From: Escherichia phage BP32
Sequence record: OR906198.1
Length of the DNA stretch: 64,000 nt
Direction: 5' to 3' (one strand)
Shown here: piece by piece, positions 13,715 to 27,756 of the stretch
Numbering within the stretch: position 1 is the first letter of the stretch
Layout: the number at the start of each line of letters is the position of its first letter
Notes under the pieces: generated by a model
What the model saw: the letters and a program-made list of their open reading frames with translations, nothing else
What the model was told of the DNA's origin: nothing
Databases searched by the model: none
Position numbers and translations under genes: made by a program

Positions 13715-14050
13715 ATGTCTGACATTCACGTAACTGGAATTGCCCAAGTAAACATCCGTTGCCAATTTAAAACTGTACCTGGGGTGACTCATATTACTTT
13801 ATCACACGACCCATATTCTCGTGGAAGACAGTTGACTGGTGCAATTAAGTTTTTCGGTGGAATTGGCGGAAACGAATTTACTATAGGCGATGACGAAATT
13901 GTTGGGTGTAAACTAAAAGTTCAAAAGGGCGTGTTAGAACTTTTTAGTGATGAAGTTTTTGATGAAATCTCACAAGCAGTTAATAAAGGAATGTTAACAT
14001 TAATTAAAATGATTAAAGCTAGTGGATATGTTCCCGATCCTTTATATTAG
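13715..14050 (+). CDS. Hypothetical early protein (111 aa)
   Basis: ORF with GAGGA Shine-Dalgarno, tightly packed. Confidence 0.6.
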   Translation: MSDIHVTGIAQVNIRCQFKTVPGVTHITLSHDPYSRGRQLTGAIKFFGGIGGNEFTIGDDEIVGCKLKVQKGVLELFSDEVFDEISQAVNKGMLTLIKMIKASGYVPDPLY

Positions 14051-14058
14051 GAGATAAT

Positions 14059-15087
<1,029 letters not shown>

Positions 15088-15088
<1 letters not shown>

Positions 15089-15948
15089 TGAAACAATACC
15101 AATTTTTAATTAAAGATATCCTGGAAAATGGCTATGAAACTGATGACCGAACAGGCACAGGAACAATTGCTTTGTTCGGTACTAAATTACGCTGGGATTT
15201 AAGTAAAGGTTTTCCTGCAGTAACAACTAAGAAGCTCGCTTGGAAAGCTTGCATTGCTGAGCTAATATGGTTTTTATCAGGAAGCACAAATGTCAATGAT
15301 TTACGATTAATTCAGCATGATTCATTAATTCAAGGCAAAACAGTCTGGGATGAAAATTACGAAAATCAAGCAAAAGATTTAGGATACCATAGCGGTGAAC
15401 TTGGTCCAATTTATGGAAAACAATGGCGTGATTTTGGCGGTGTAGACCAAATTATAGAAGTTATTGATCGTATTAAAAAACTGCCGAATGATAGGCGTCA
15501 AATTGTTTCTGCATGGAATCCAGCTGAACTTAAATATATGGCATTACCGCCTTGTCATATGTTCTATCAGTTTAATGTGCGTAATGGCTATTTGGATTTG
15601 CAGTGGTATCAAAGAAGTGTTGACGTGTTCTTGGGCTTGCCATTCAACATTGCATCATATGCTGCGTTAGTTCATATTGTAGCTAAGATGTGTAATCTTA
15701 TTCCAGGAGATTTGATATTTTCTGGTGGTAATACTCATATCTATATGAATCACGTAGAACAATGTAAAGAAATTTTACGTCGTGAACCTATGGATTTATG
15801 CGAATTACAATTAAAATTTCCAGATGAATTTGATGAATGGGACACAGAATCGCAGGTATTTTGGTTGAGTCAATTCGCAAAGCCGCATAATTTTGTTCTT
15901 AACAACTATGTATCTCATCCGCCAATTAAAGGTAAAATGGCGGTGTAA
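15088..15948 (+). CDS. td: Thymidylate synthase, uninterrupted (no group I intron)
   Basis: MKQYQFLIKDILENGYETDDRTGTGT... continuous 286 aa ORF matching T4 TS across the whole length. Confidence 0.95.
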
Positions 15949-15971
15949 TTTTAATTTAATTGAGAGGATAT

Positions 15972-16235
15972 ATGATTTTACGATTTAAAGATACTTCTGG
16001 TGTAGTTCTTTTTACACTTCCTAACCCAAGCGAGTTAGAAGTTCCAGGACCAAATCAGCCTATTATCATTTATGGCAAAAAATATTATACTCATAAAATG
16101 ACTCGTGAGTATTTTGATAATAAAATTTCTACGGTTAAAACTTCTTCAGATTGTTACTATGATATTACTGTTTTAACGGAAAAACAATATGACGAATTAT
16201 CACCGCGCGGGCCGTCTATGCCAGGTAGTGAATAA
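15972..16235 (+). CDS. Hypothetical protein (nrdA-upstream small ORF, 87 aa)
   Basis: ATG at 15972 with GAGAGGA upstream. Confidence 0.55.
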   Translation: MILRFKDTSGVVLFTLPNPSELEVPGPNQPIIIYGKKYYTHKMTREYFDNKISTVKTSSDCYYDITVLTEKQYDELSPRGPSMPGSE

Positions 16236-16515
16236 ATATAAATCCGACTTTGATGTTAATATTCACCGTGGTACATTTTGGGGAAATTACGTCGGTAAAG
16301 ATGCTGGCAGCCGGGAGGCTGCCATTGAATTATTCAAAAAAGATTTTATACGTCGAATTAAATCCGGAGAAATAACTAAAGCACATTTAGAGCCTTTACG
16401 TGGAATGAGGCTAGGATGCACATGTAAACCAAAGCCGTGTCATGGTGATATAATAGCTCATATAGTTAACCGATTGTTTAAAGACGATTTTCAAGTTGAG
16501 GACTTATGCAATTAA
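16189..16515 (+). CDS. Hypothetical protein with [12 protein letters not shown] cysteine/histidine motif (start uncertain; GTG at 16228 is an alternative)
   Basis: ORF overlapping upstream ORF end and nrdA start. Confidence 0.5.
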   Translation: MTNYHRAGRLCQVVNKYKSDFDVNIHRGTFWGNYVGKDAGSREAAIELFKKDFIRRIKSGEITKAHLEPLRGMRLGCTCKPKPCHGDIIAHIVNRLFKDDFQVEDLCN

Positions 16516-18770
16516 TTAATGTTATCAAAAGTAGTGGTGTTTCTCAAAGCTTTGACCCGCAAAAAATTATTAAAGTTTTATCTTGGGCAGCTGAAGGAAC
16601 ATCTGTAGATCCTTATGAATTATATGAAAATATTAAATCATATCTCCGTGATGGAATGACAACTGATGACATTCAGACTATTGTCATTAAGGCTGCTGCG
16701 AATTCTATTTCAGTTGAAGAGCCTGATTATCAATACGTGGCTGCACGCTGTTTAATGTTTGCTCTTCGTAAACATGTGTACGGACAATATGAACCACGTT
16801 CATTTATTGACCATATTTCTTACTGTGTAAATGAAGGTAAATACGACCCTGAACTGTTGTCAAAATATTCAGCAGAAGAAATTACATTTTTAGAATCAAA
16901 AATTAAGCATGAGCGGGATATGGAATTTACTTATTCCGGGGCGATGCAATTAAAAGAAAAATATCTCGTTAAAGATAAAACCACTGGTCAAATTTATGAA
17001 ACTCCGCAGTTTGCATTTATGACTATTGGAATGGCATTGCATCAAGATGAACCTGTTGACAGATTAAAACATGTTATTCGTTTTTATGAAGCAGTATCTA
17101 CTCGACAGATTTCATTGCCAACTCCTATTATGGCTGGCTGTCGTACTCCAACTCGGCAATTTAGCTCATGTGTTGTTATTGAAGCAGGCGATTCGCTGAA
17201 GTCTATCAATAAAGCTTCTGCTTCAATTGTTGAGTATATTTCTAAACGAGCCGGAATCGGTATTAACGTTGGTATGATTCGTGCCGAAGGTTCTAAGATT
17301 GGCACAGGTGAAGTACGCCATACCGGTGTTATTCCTTTTTGGAAACATTTTCAGACTGCTGTTAAATCATGTTCACAGGGCGGAATTCGTGGCGGCGCTG
17401 CTACTGCTTATTATCCTATTTGGCATTTGGAAGTTGAAAATCTTCTCGTTTTGAAAAATAACAAAGGTGTAGAAGAAAACCGTATCCGTCATATGGATTA
17501 TGGCGTCCAGCTGAATGACCTAATGATGGAACGTTTTGGAAAGAACGACTACATTACTTTGTTCAGTCCGCATGAAATGGGTGGCGAGCTTTATTATTCT
17601 TATTTTAAAGACCAAGACCGTTTCCGCGAATTATACGAAGCAGCAGAAAAAGACCCTAATATTCGCAAAAAGCGTATTAAAGCTCGTGAACTGTTTGAAT
17701 TGCTCATGACTGAACGATCAGGAACAGCAAGGATTTATGTACAGTTCATTGATAATACGAATAACTATACTCCATTTATTCGTGAAAAGGCACCGATTCG
17801 TCAGAGTAACCTGTGTTGTGAAATTGCTATTCCAACAAATGATGTGAATAGTCCTGATGCTGAAATTGGATTGTGTACTCTCTCTGCATTCGTACTGGAT
17901 AATTTTGACTGGCAAGACCAAGATAAAATTAATGAATTGGCAGAAGTCCAAGTTCGTGCTCTTGATAATCTTTTGGATTATCAAGGATATCCAGTTCCTG
18001 AAGCAGAAAAAGCTAAAAAGCGTCGTAACCTCGGTGTAGGTGTTACTAACTATGCAGCTTGGCTGGCAAGTAACTTTGCTTCTTATGAAGATGCTAACGA
18101 TTTAACACATGAACTATTTGAGAGATTACAGTATGGACTCATTAAAGCATCCATTAAACTCGCCAAAGAAAAAGGACCTTGCGAATATTATTCAGACACT
18201 CGTTGGTCTCGAGGCGAATTACCTATCGACTGGTACAATAAAAAGATTGACCAAATCGCAGCTCCAAAATACGTTTGCGACTGGTCGTCGCTGCGGGAAG
18301 ACCTTAAGCTCTTTGGCATCCGTAATAGCACATTATCAGCACTTATGCCATGTGAGTCATCTTCCCAAGTTTCTAACAGTACAAACGGTATCGAGCCTCC
18401 ACGTGGACCAGTCTCTGTTAAAGAATCAAAAGAGGGCTCCTTTAATCAAGTCGTGCCCAATATTGAGCATAACATAGACCTCTATGATTATACATGGAAA
18501 TTAGCTAAGAAAGGTAATAAACCTTATCTTACGCAGGTAGCTATTATGCTGAAATGGGTATGTCAATCAGCTTCAGCGAATACATATTATGACCCGCAGA
18601 TTTTTCCAAAAGGAAAGGTTCCAATGTCAATAATGATTGATGACCTTTTGTATTTTTGGTATTATGGCATTAAAAACTTCTATTATCATAATACCCGTGA
18701 TGGTTCTGGTACTGATGATTATGAAATAGAAACTCCAAAAGCTGAAGATTGTTCATCCTGTAAATTATGA
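16506..18770 (+). CDS. nrdA: Ribonucleotide reductase large subunit
   Basis: 754 aa, same length as T4 NrdA; class I RNR features in translation. Confidence 0.93.
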   Translation: MQLINVIKSSGVSQSFDPQKIIKVLSWAAEGTSVDPYELYENIKSYLRDGMTTDDIQTIVIKAAANSISVEEPDYQYVAARCLMFALRKHVYGQYEPRSFIDHISYCVNEGKYDPELLSKYSAEEITFLESKIKHERDMEFTYSGAMQLKEKYLVKDKTTGQIYETPQFAFMTIGMALHQDEPVDRLKHVIRFYEAVSTRQISLPTPIMAGCRTPTRQFSSCVVIEAGDSLKSINKASASIVEYISKRAGIGINVGMIRAEGSKIGTGEVRHTGVIPFWKHFQTAVKSCSQGGIRGGAATAYYPIWHLEVENLLVLKNNKGVEENRIRHMDYGVQLNDLMMERFGKNDYITLFSPHEMGGELYYSYFKDQDRFRELYEAAEKDPNIRKKRIKARELFELLMTERSGTARIYVQFIDNTNNYTPFIREKAPIRQSNLCCEIAIPTNDVNSPDAEIGLCTLSAFVLDNFDWQDQDKINELAEVQVRALDNLLDYQGYPVPEAEKAKKRRNLGVGVTNYAAWLASNFASYEDANDLTHELFERLQYGLIKASIKLAKEKGPCEYYSDTRWSRGELPIDWYNKKIDQIAAPKYVCDWSSLREDLKLFGIRNSTLSALMPCESSSQVSNSTNGIEPPRGPVSVKESKEGSFNQVVPNIEHNIDLYDYTWKLAKKGNKPYLTQVAIMLKWVCQSASANTYYDPQIFPKGKVPMSIMIDDLLYFWYYGIKNFYYHNTRDGSGTDDYEIETPKAEDCSSCKL

Positions 18771-18821
18771 TATAATTTGACTCACGGACGAGTCACTATC
18801 TATTAACTAAGCGGAAAATTT

Positions 18822-20000
18822 ATGAGCACAGTTTTTAATACAAACCCAGTTGATGTTTTAAAAGAACCTATGTTCTTCGGTTCAGGTCTTGGTATTGCGC
18901 GTTATGATATTCAACGTCATAAAGTTTTTGAAGATTTAACCGAAAAGCAGTTATCATTTTTCTGGCGTCCTGAAGAAGTAAACTTAATGATGGATGCTGC
19001 ACAATTTAACAAGCTTCCTCAGTATCAGCAAGATATTTTTACTAATAACCTGAAGTATCAATCACTTCTAGATAGCATTCAGGGTCGTGCACCGTCTGCT
19101 GTACTCATGTCGTTAATTTCAGACCCAAGTCTTGATACATGGGTTGCTACATGGACTTTTAGTGAAACTATTCACAGTCGTTCATACACTCATATTATGC
19201 GAAATCTTTATACTGATCCGTCAAAGGTATTTGATGAGATTGTATTAGATAAAGCTATCATGAAACGTGCTGAATCTATTGGTCGTTATTATGATGATGT
19301 TCTGGTTAAGACGCGCGAATGGGAAAATGCAAAAGAAATTTTTAAATGTTTTTCCGAAAATGAATATGATTTAGATGCATATTCAAATAGTCTTATGCAT
19401 GTGGAAGAATGTAAATATGCATTGATGAAGTCGCTTTATCTCTGCCTTCATGTTATCAATGCCCTGGAAGCTATTCGTTTTTATGTATCTTTCGCATGTA
19501 CCTTTAACTTCCATAAGAACATGGAAATCATGGAAGGTAATGCCAAGATTATGAAGTTCATTGCACGCGATGAACAGCTTCACCTTAAAGGCACCCAATA
19601 TATTATTCGTCAGCTTCAATCCGGTACTGATGGTGATGAATGGGTTAAAATTGCTCAAGAGTGTGAACAAGAAGCAGTTGATATTTTCATGGAAGTTAAC
19701 CGCCAAGAAAAAGATTGGGCAGTTCATTTATTTAAAGATGGCGATGTTCCTGGATTAAATACAAATAGCATGTGGAGCTTTATTGATTACTTAACTGTAT
19801 CTCGTATGAAACAGTGCGGTCTTCCATGCCCAATTACCGATGCTCCGGTTAAACATCCATATCCTTGGATTCGTGAATACCTTAATTCTGATAATGTTCA
19901 ATCCGCGCCGCAAGAAGTAGAACTGTCATCTTACCTTGTAGCACAGATTGATAATGATGTTGATGATAAAGTTATGATGAGTTTTAAAAAATATTTTTAA
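18822..20000 (+). CDS. nrdB: Ribonucleotide reductase small subunit, uninterrupted (no intron)
   Basis: 392 aa continuous ORF in T4 nrdB position. Confidence 0.92.
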   Translation: MSTVFNTNPVDVLKEPMFFGSGLGIARYDIQRHKVFEDLTEKQLSFFWRPEEVNLMMDAAQFNKLPQYQQDIFTNNLKYQSLLDSIQGRAPSAVLMSLISDPSLDTWVATWTFSETIHSRSYTHIMRNLYTDPSKVFDEIVLDKAIMKRAESIGRYYDDVLVKTREWENAKEIFKCFSENEYDLDAYSNSLMHVEECKYALMKSLYLCLHVINALEAIRFYVSFACTFNFHKNMEIMEGNAKIMKFIARDEQLHLKGTQYIIRQLQSGTDGDEWVKIAQECEQEAVDIFMEVNRQEKDWAVHLFKDGDVPGLNTNSMWSFIDYLTVSRMKQCGLPCPITDAPVKHPYPWIREYLNSDNVQSAPQEVELSSYLVAQIDNDVDDKVMMSFKKYF

Positions 20001-20004
20001 GGAG

Positions 20005-20027
20005 TGGGCCGCAAGGCCCATTTTATT
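20005..20027 (+). terminator. Hairpin tgggcc-gcaa-ggccca plus U-run between nrdB stop and denA start
   Basis: 6 bp GC stem with GNRA loop followed by TTTTATT, ending at the denA ATG. Confidence 0.5.
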
Positions 20028-21615
<1,588 letters not shown>

Positions 21616-21618
21616 ACT

Positions 21619-21648
21619 GTTTACAAGTCCCTCATGTTGTGTTATAGT
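21619..21648 (+). promoter_or_regulatory. T4-early-like promoter upstream of alc (GTTTAC ... TATAGT), part of a duplicated cassette
   Basis: GTTTAC 21619-21624, -10-like 21643-21648, 18 nt spacer. Confidence 0.5.
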
Positions 21649-21676
21649 AATCTTACTGACATAACATGAGGACTTT

Positions 21677-22183
21677 ATGATGGATTTACAGCTTATTACT
21701 ACTAAAATGGTCGTTGAAGCATATGGTGATACTACAGATGGGATTTCTGTATTTAAAGGAAATCGTCGAGTTGGATATATCACCGATCTTAAGAAAGATT
21801 TAGCTAAGCAAGTCAAGCGGAAAACGACCATTAAAGAATATCGAAATCGTCGTCTTGAGCAAGCCCGTGATATGCTTCCTGATGCGGTTGAGGAGATGAA
21901 AGTCTTTTTAGAAAATCAACTCGCTAAGTATGAGTGCGAAGTGTTCATTAATCAGACTCAGCCTAATGTTCATATCAATAGCTGCAAATGCTATATCATC
22001 GTTAATCCTTTGACAGGAAAACATCGTCTTGGAATTAGTAATCCAAATCGTAGTGCATCAGATATGGCAGAAGATGTTGCGGCATGCTTTAAAATTTCTA
22101 AATCTCCAGCTGAACATCATATTTTAATTAACGGTCTTTCTCAAGACGATATTATAGAGGTTATTAAAACTTTATGCAATTAA
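21677..22183 (+). CDS. alc: Alc (host transcription terminator acting on cytosine DNA)
   Basis: 167-168 aa ORF MMDLQLITTKMVVEAYGD... in T4 alc position and size. Confidence 0.85.
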   Translation: MMDLQLITTKMVVEAYGDTTDGISVFKGNRRVGYITDLKKDLAKQVKRKTTIKEYRNRRLEQARDMLPDAVEEMKVFLENQLAKYECEVFINQTQPNVHINSCKCYIIVNPLTGKHRLGISNPNRSASDMAEDVAACFKISKSPAEHHILINGLSQDDIIEVIKTLCN

Positions 22184-22527
22184 GTAATACGACAGCAGGT
22201 TTGCTATTAATTGTAATTGCATTAGGCGGAACTTCTTTAATTTTAAAAAATAAAATTGAAAGATTAGAAACGTCTGTTGTAGAAATTACAAAAACGGCCA
22301 ATGAAAACGCTTTAGCATTAAATGATTTAAAAAATCAATATAATTATATTGATGCAATGAATAATAAAAATCGTGAGGCAATTGCTGCTATTGAGCGTGA
22401 AAATGAAAAGCTGCGCAAAGACGCAAAGAAGGCGGATGTGGCGGCTCATAAGCCAGGATTGGTTGAAAAACAAATCAACAACTCCTTTAACAAGTTCGCA
22501 GAAGACATCCAGGACCTTTCTAAATGA
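22174..22527 (+). CDS. Predicted membrane-anchored coiled-coil protein (pseT.3-like position)
   Basis: N-terminal hydrophobic helix GLLLIVIALGGTSLIL then charged helical region; start overlaps alc stop. Confidence 0.6.
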   Translation: MQLSNTTAGLLLIVIALGGTSLILKNKIERLETSVVEITKTANENALALNDLKNQYNYIDAMNNKNREAIAAIERENEKLRKDAKKADVAAHKPGLVEKQINNSFNKFAEDIQDLSK

Positions 22528-22823
22528 TTAAACTATCAGCAGTAATATTATCTATTGGTCTTCTAGTTGGTTGTTCTACAAAGCCTCTAGAAGTAAAGAA
22601 AGAAACAGTTCATCCTAATTGGCCTGTACAAATAAAGTCATATGACGAAGCTAAACTATCTTGGCAAGTTAAAGTTATTGATGGTAAAGCTTGGGTCGGT
22701 ATGCCATTTGAAGATTCCCAGGAATTTCGTATTTGGCTTAATGATGTAAAACGATATGTACATGATCAGAAAACTATGATATGTTATTATCGTCAAGTGT
22801 TAAAAGAGGATAAATGCAAATGA
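22524..22823 (+). CDS. Predicted lipoprotein (signal peptide with LVGC lipobox)
   Basis: MIKLSAVILSIGLLVGCSTKP N-terminus; start overlaps upstream stop. Confidence 0.6.
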   Translation: MIKLSAVILSIGLLVGCSTKPLEVKKETVHPNWPVQIKSYDEAKLSWQVKVIDGKAWVGMPFEDSQEFRIWLNDVKRYVHDQKTMICYYRQVLKEDKCK

Positions 22824-23012
22824 TTTCATGGCATCAATTTGAACATCTCAAAGGATTGATTTATGAATCCGAGATGGCTGCAATGATTTACGGACGCCAG
22901 ATTCAGCGGTTAGAATCTTTACCTCCAACTAATGATGTTTTATTAGCTCAATCTCGTGCTAATCTTAAAAATGAATACCAAAATAAGTGGGGTAAAGCAT
23001 CTAAAGACCTGC

Positions 23013-24270
<1,258 letters not shown>

Positions 24271-24271
<1 letters not shown>

Positions 24272-24468
24272 TGGCTTTGCATCATGAAACTTGGTCTATT
24301 ATTATTGTAAATAGTGGTTTAGTTGGTACTAGTGATGGGCAATTTTGCGTATTCACTAGTGAAATCAGGGCTTGGGAGGAATGTCTTAAATTAAGAGAAA
24401 AGAATCCTGATGTTGAATTAACAGTAAAGAAAACTAAACTGCCTTTACCATGGAAAACTTATGAATAA
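24271..24468 (+). CDS. Hypothetical protein (65 aa)
   Basis: ORF starting with ATG overlapping pseT stop. Confidence 0.5.
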
Positions 24469-24661
24469 CTTAGAAAAGATTTATCGTCTTTGCGATAAGA
24501 TTGAAAAAGAAAAGAAATATCTATTTTGTTTATGGCCTATTGTTGATGGAAGAGTAGGCTTAGATGTTCTTGATTATGAAACAGAAGACAAAGTAGATGG
24601 CTCAATTTTTGATAATGCTTTAGATGTTATTGATTGGCTTGAAGAAAATTATGTGAGGTAA
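24461..24661 (+). CDS. Hypothetical protein (66 aa)
   Basis: Overlapping start/stop with neighbours. Confidence 0.5.
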   Translation: MNNLEKIYRLCDKIEKEKKYLFCLWPIVDGRVGLDVLDYETEDKVDGSIFDNALDVIDWLEENYVR

Positions 24662-24663
24662 AT

Positions 24664-24939
24664 ATGTTTCCGACTTATTCTAAAATCGTAGAAGTAGTGT
24701 TTAGCCAAATTATAGCTAATAATATGTTTGAAAAGCTTGATAACGCAGCTGAGCTTCGAATTCATGCTCAAGTGACTCATGTATTGAACACTTTGCTTCC
24801 AGACCAGGTTGATTCTATCGCCATTACGCTGTATCCAGGCTCCGCGCATATCATTGTCGTGTTCGGTCTTGATGCTGAGCTAGTTATTAAAGGCGATATT
24901 CGGTTTGAATCGCAGACATCAGAATTCAAAGCAATTTAA
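24664..24939 (+). CDS. Hypothetical protein (91 aa)
   Basis: ORF with GAGG Shine-Dalgarno. Confidence 0.5.
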   Translation: MFPTYSKIVEVVFSQIIANNMFEKLDNAAELRIHAQVTHVLNTLLPDQVDSIAITLYPGSAHIIVVFGLDAELVIKGDIRFESQTSEFKAI

Positions 24940-24942
24940 TAG

Positions 24943-24971
24943 TTTACTTTAAGGTAGAGTTGTGATATTAT
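24943..24971 (+). promoter_or_regulatory. T4-early-like promoter (GTTTAC ... TATTAT) with ggtagag/ctctacc inverted repeat around the -10
   Basis: GTTTAC 24943-24948, TATTAT 24966-24971, 17 nt spacer. Confidence 0.5.
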
Positions 24972-25001
24972 AGCTCTACCAAAACAAATGAGGAAATTGA
25001 A

Positions 25002-25529
25002 ATGAGCGAATGGTTTGAAGAAGATAAGGTTTATCGCTTTAAAGCTGGATATAAAGATATTTTTAATGAAACTTGTGGGGCTAATAAACGAATTGCCCAG
25101 TTTATTGGGGAAAATTCATTTAAAGTAAAAATAGATCCTGCGAAAAATGTTATTAGCATTAAACGTGAAATTGATGATTGCTGGTATAAAGCTGTTGATG
25201 TAATGGGTGAATCCTATAAAGTTAGTCCGTTATTTTCAATTGCTTATATGTTAGAATATTCTTTTTTCGAAGAAGTTCAAAAAGATGATTCTGTCAGTAA
25301 ATTTGAAATTAAAGCTGATAAAGAAATTAAATGGAAAGTAGTAGGTATTACTGGTTGTATGTTCTATATCTATGCTCAAACTGATACGAAGGAAGAAGCT
25401 AAAAAGAAAGCTCTAGAATATCTTGAAGAGTATGAAGAAGGCCCGGTAATGATTACCCAAGATGCTGAATTAGTTTCTGTCAAATTAGTTAAAAACGTTG
25501 AAAGTAAGGAGCTAGGATCAACATGCTAA
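25002..25529 (+). CDS. Hypothetical protein (175 aa)
   Basis: ORF with GAGGAAA Shine-Dalgarno. Confidence 0.6.
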   Translation: MSEWFEEDKVYRFKAGYKDIFNETCGANKRIAQFIGENSFKVKIDPAKNVISIKREIDDCWYKAVDVMGESYKVSPLFSIAYMLEYSFFEEVQKDDSVSKFEIKADKEIKWKVVGITGCMFYIYAQTDTKEEAKKKALEYLEEYEEGPVMITQDAELVSVKLVKNVESKELGSTC

Positions 25530-25759
25530 GTGAAAAACCAATTACTGTTAAAGAATTTCAAGAAAAAGTTAAACTATTTGCTCAGGAATTGGTAAATAAG
25601 GTTTCTGAACGATTTCCAGAAACATCGGTTCGTGTTATTACCGAAACTCCTCGTTCAGTATTAGTAATTGTGAATCCAGGTGATGGTGATCAAATAACAC
25701 ATCTTAAACTGGATTTTGATGGATTAGTTGAAGCACAAAGGGTGTATGGCGTACTATGA
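25523..25759 (+). CDS. Hypothetical protein (78 aa)
   Basis: Overlapping start with upstream ORF. Confidence 0.5.
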   Translation: MLSEKPITVKEFQEKVKLFAQELVNKVSERFPETSVRVITETPRSVLVIVNPGDGDQITHLKLDFDGLVEAQRVYGVL

Positions 25760-26094
25760 TGAATTTAACTGATATAATTGATAATTGTCTTGAAAATGAT
25801 ACTGGCGATCATAGAGCGCTTGATTCTGAAACAGCACAGTTCATTAGAATAACTTTAATGAATGATACTCTAGTGAATAGCATTCATCCTTCTGTGTATG
25901 ATGCTATTATTGTGACGAAGTATCCGGTTGAGCTTCACAAAAAGATGGCTGGTGCAATTTTTATTGATAAGAAAAACCGCTTTAAAGATGGGCAGAATAT
26001 AATTAGTTCTGTTATTAAAAGTATAACTAAACTTCGTCACGAAATTTATCGTGTTGAAACTGCTAAATCTGCTTATCTGGTGATTATGAAATGA
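25756..26094 (+). CDS. Hypothetical protein (112 aa)
   Basis: ATGA-type overlap with neighbours. Confidence 0.5.
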   Translation: MMNLTDIIDNCLENDTGDHRALDSETAQFIRITLMNDTLVNSIHPSVYDAIIVTKYPVELHKKMAGAIFIDKKNRFKDGQNIISSVIKSITKLRHEIYRVETAKSAYLVIMK

Positions 26095-26672
26095 AAGCGA
26101 GTACAGTACTTCAAATTGCATATTTAGTATCACAAGAATCAAAATGTTGCTCCTGGAAGGTAGGAGCAGTAATTGAAAAGAATGGACGTATTATTTCTAC
26201 CGGATATAATGGTTCACCTGCAGGCGGTGTGAATTGCTGCGATTATGCTGCTGAGCAAGGTTGGTTGTTGAATAAACCTAAACATACTATCATTCAAGGA
26301 CATAAGCCCGAATGTGTATCGTTTGGCTCAACTGATCGTTTTGTTTTGGCGAAAGAACACCGCAGCGCTCACTCTGAATGGTCGTCTAAAAATGAAATTC
26401 ATGCTGAACTAAATGCGATTTTGTTTGCTGCGCGAAATGGTTCTTCAATTGAAGGTGCTACTATGTATGTAACACTTTCTCCTTGCCCAGATTGTGCAAA
26501 AGCGATAGCTCAATCTGGTATTAAAAAGCTAGTTTATTGCGAAACATACGATAAAAATAAACCTGGCTGGGATGATATTCTGCGAAATGCTGGTATTGAA
26601 GTGTTTAATGTTCCTAAGAAAAACTTGAATAAGTTAAACTGGGAAAATATCAACGAATTCTGTGGTGAATAA
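26091..26672 (+). CDS. cd: dCMP deaminase
   Basis: MKASTVLQIAYLVSQESKCCSWKVGAVIEKNGRIISTGYNGSPAGG and HAELNAI...PCPDCAK zinc motifs match T4 Cd; 193 aa. Confidence 0.95.
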   Translation: MKASTVLQIAYLVSQESKCCSWKVGAVIEKNGRIISTGYNGSPAGGVNCCDYAAEQGWLLNKPKHTIIQGHKPECVSFGSTDRFVLAKEHRSAHSEWSSKNEIHAELNAILFAARNGSSIEGATMYVTLSPCPDCAKAIAQSGIKKLVYCETYDKNKPGWDDILRNAGIEVFNVPKKNLNKLNWENINEFCGE

Positions 26673-26908
26673 TGAAATTTCGTTTGGTACAACTCACAGC
26701 AATTAGTTCTTATTCTAACGAGAACATTTCATTTGCTGTAGAGTATAAGAAATATTTTTTCTCTAAATGGAAGCAGTATTATAAGTCAGAATGGGTTTGT
26801 ATTGATAGACCGTATAGTTGGAAATCTGATTTAGAAAAATGCCAAAAGTTGCTTTCCACTCTTAAAGAACGTGGAACAACTCATATTAAAACTGTAATAG
26901 GTAAATAA
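26672..26908 (+). CDS. Hypothetical protein (31.2-like position)
   Basis: 78 aa ORF, TAATG overlap with cd. Confidence 0.5.
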   Translation: MKFRLVQLTAISSYSNENISFAVEYKKYFFSKWKQYYKSEWVCIDRPYSWKSDLEKCQKLLSTLKERGTTHIKTVIGK

Positions 26909-27217
26909 ATGAAACTGACAACTGAACAGAAAGTAGCAATTCGTGAAATTTTGAAAACTAAATTGTCCATGGGTATTTCAAACGTGGTTTTTGAAAAGTC
27001 TGATGGTACTATTCGTACTATGAAAGGCACTCGTGATGCAGACTTTATGCCAACCATGCAAACCGGTAAATTGACTGAATCTACTCGGAAAGAATCTACT
27101 GATATGATTCCGGTATTTGATGTTGAACTCGGTGCATGGCGAGGTTTTTCTATTGACAAATTGATTTCCGTTAATGGCATGAAAGTTGAGCATTTGCTTC
27201 AATTTATTGGTAAATAA
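26909..27217 (+). CDS. Hypothetical protein (31.1-like position)
   Basis: 102 aa ORF. Confidence 0.5.
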   Translation: MKLTTEQKVAIREILKTKLSMGISNVVFEKSDGTIRTMKGTRDADFMPTMQTGKLTESTRKESTDMIPVFDVELGAWRGFSIDKLISVNGMKVEHLLQFIGK

Positions 27218-27243
27218 ATGCTTTAAGAATTATTTGTTATTAT
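27217..27243 (+). promoter_or_regulatory. MotA-dependent middle promoter for gene 31 (MotA box AATGCTTTA plus TATTAT)
   Basis: AATGCTTTA at 27217-27225, -10-like 12 nt downstream; second box TTTGCTTCA at 27192-27200. Confidence 0.5.
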
Positions 27244-27273
27244 TAATTCATCTGTTAACAAAAAGGAAAAACG

Positions 27274-27609
27274 ATGTCTGAAGTACAACAGCTACCAATT
27301 CGTGCTGTCGGTGAATATGTTATTTTAGTTTCTGAACCTGCACAAGCCGGCGATGAAGAAGTTACAGAATCAGGACTTATTATCGGTAAACGTGTCCAAG
27401 GTGAAGTTCCTGAACTGTGTGTAGTTCACTCTGTTGGTCCTGATGTTCCTGAAGGTTTCTGCGAAGTTGGTGATTTGACTTCTCTTCCAGTTGGTCAAAT
27501 TCGAAACGTTCCGCATCCTTTTGTAGCTCTGGGTCTTAAGCAGCCAAAAGAAATTAAACAAAAATTCGTTACTTGTCACTATAAAGCTATTCCGTGTCTT
27601 TATAAGTGA
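27274..27609 (+). CDS. 31: Co-chaperonin gp31 (GroES analogue for capsid folding)
   Basis: [39 protein letters not shown] matches T4 gp31; 111 aa. Confidence 0.95.
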
Positions 27610-27617
27610 TATAAATA
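27610..27617 (+). promoter_or_regulatory. T4-type late promoter motif TATAAATA downstream of gene 31
   Basis: Exact TATAAATA on plus strand. Confidence 0.4.
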
Positions 27618-27756
27618 ATAATATGAATTGGGTGTCGGAATAATAAGTTAACCGAACAATTCTACGTGGTAGTCTACAACTGAGAGATCTGTCGAAAGAA
27701 GATGAAATTCAGAAGAACGTGACTACCGAGTTTTAATCTCTAACGAGAATTTTTAA

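Noticed and set aside
27665-27729. Inverted repeat cgtggtagtc ... gactaccg between gene 31 and rIII
   Set aside because: Only a 7 bp stem with a 45 nt loop; too weak to call a structured element without covariation evidence.
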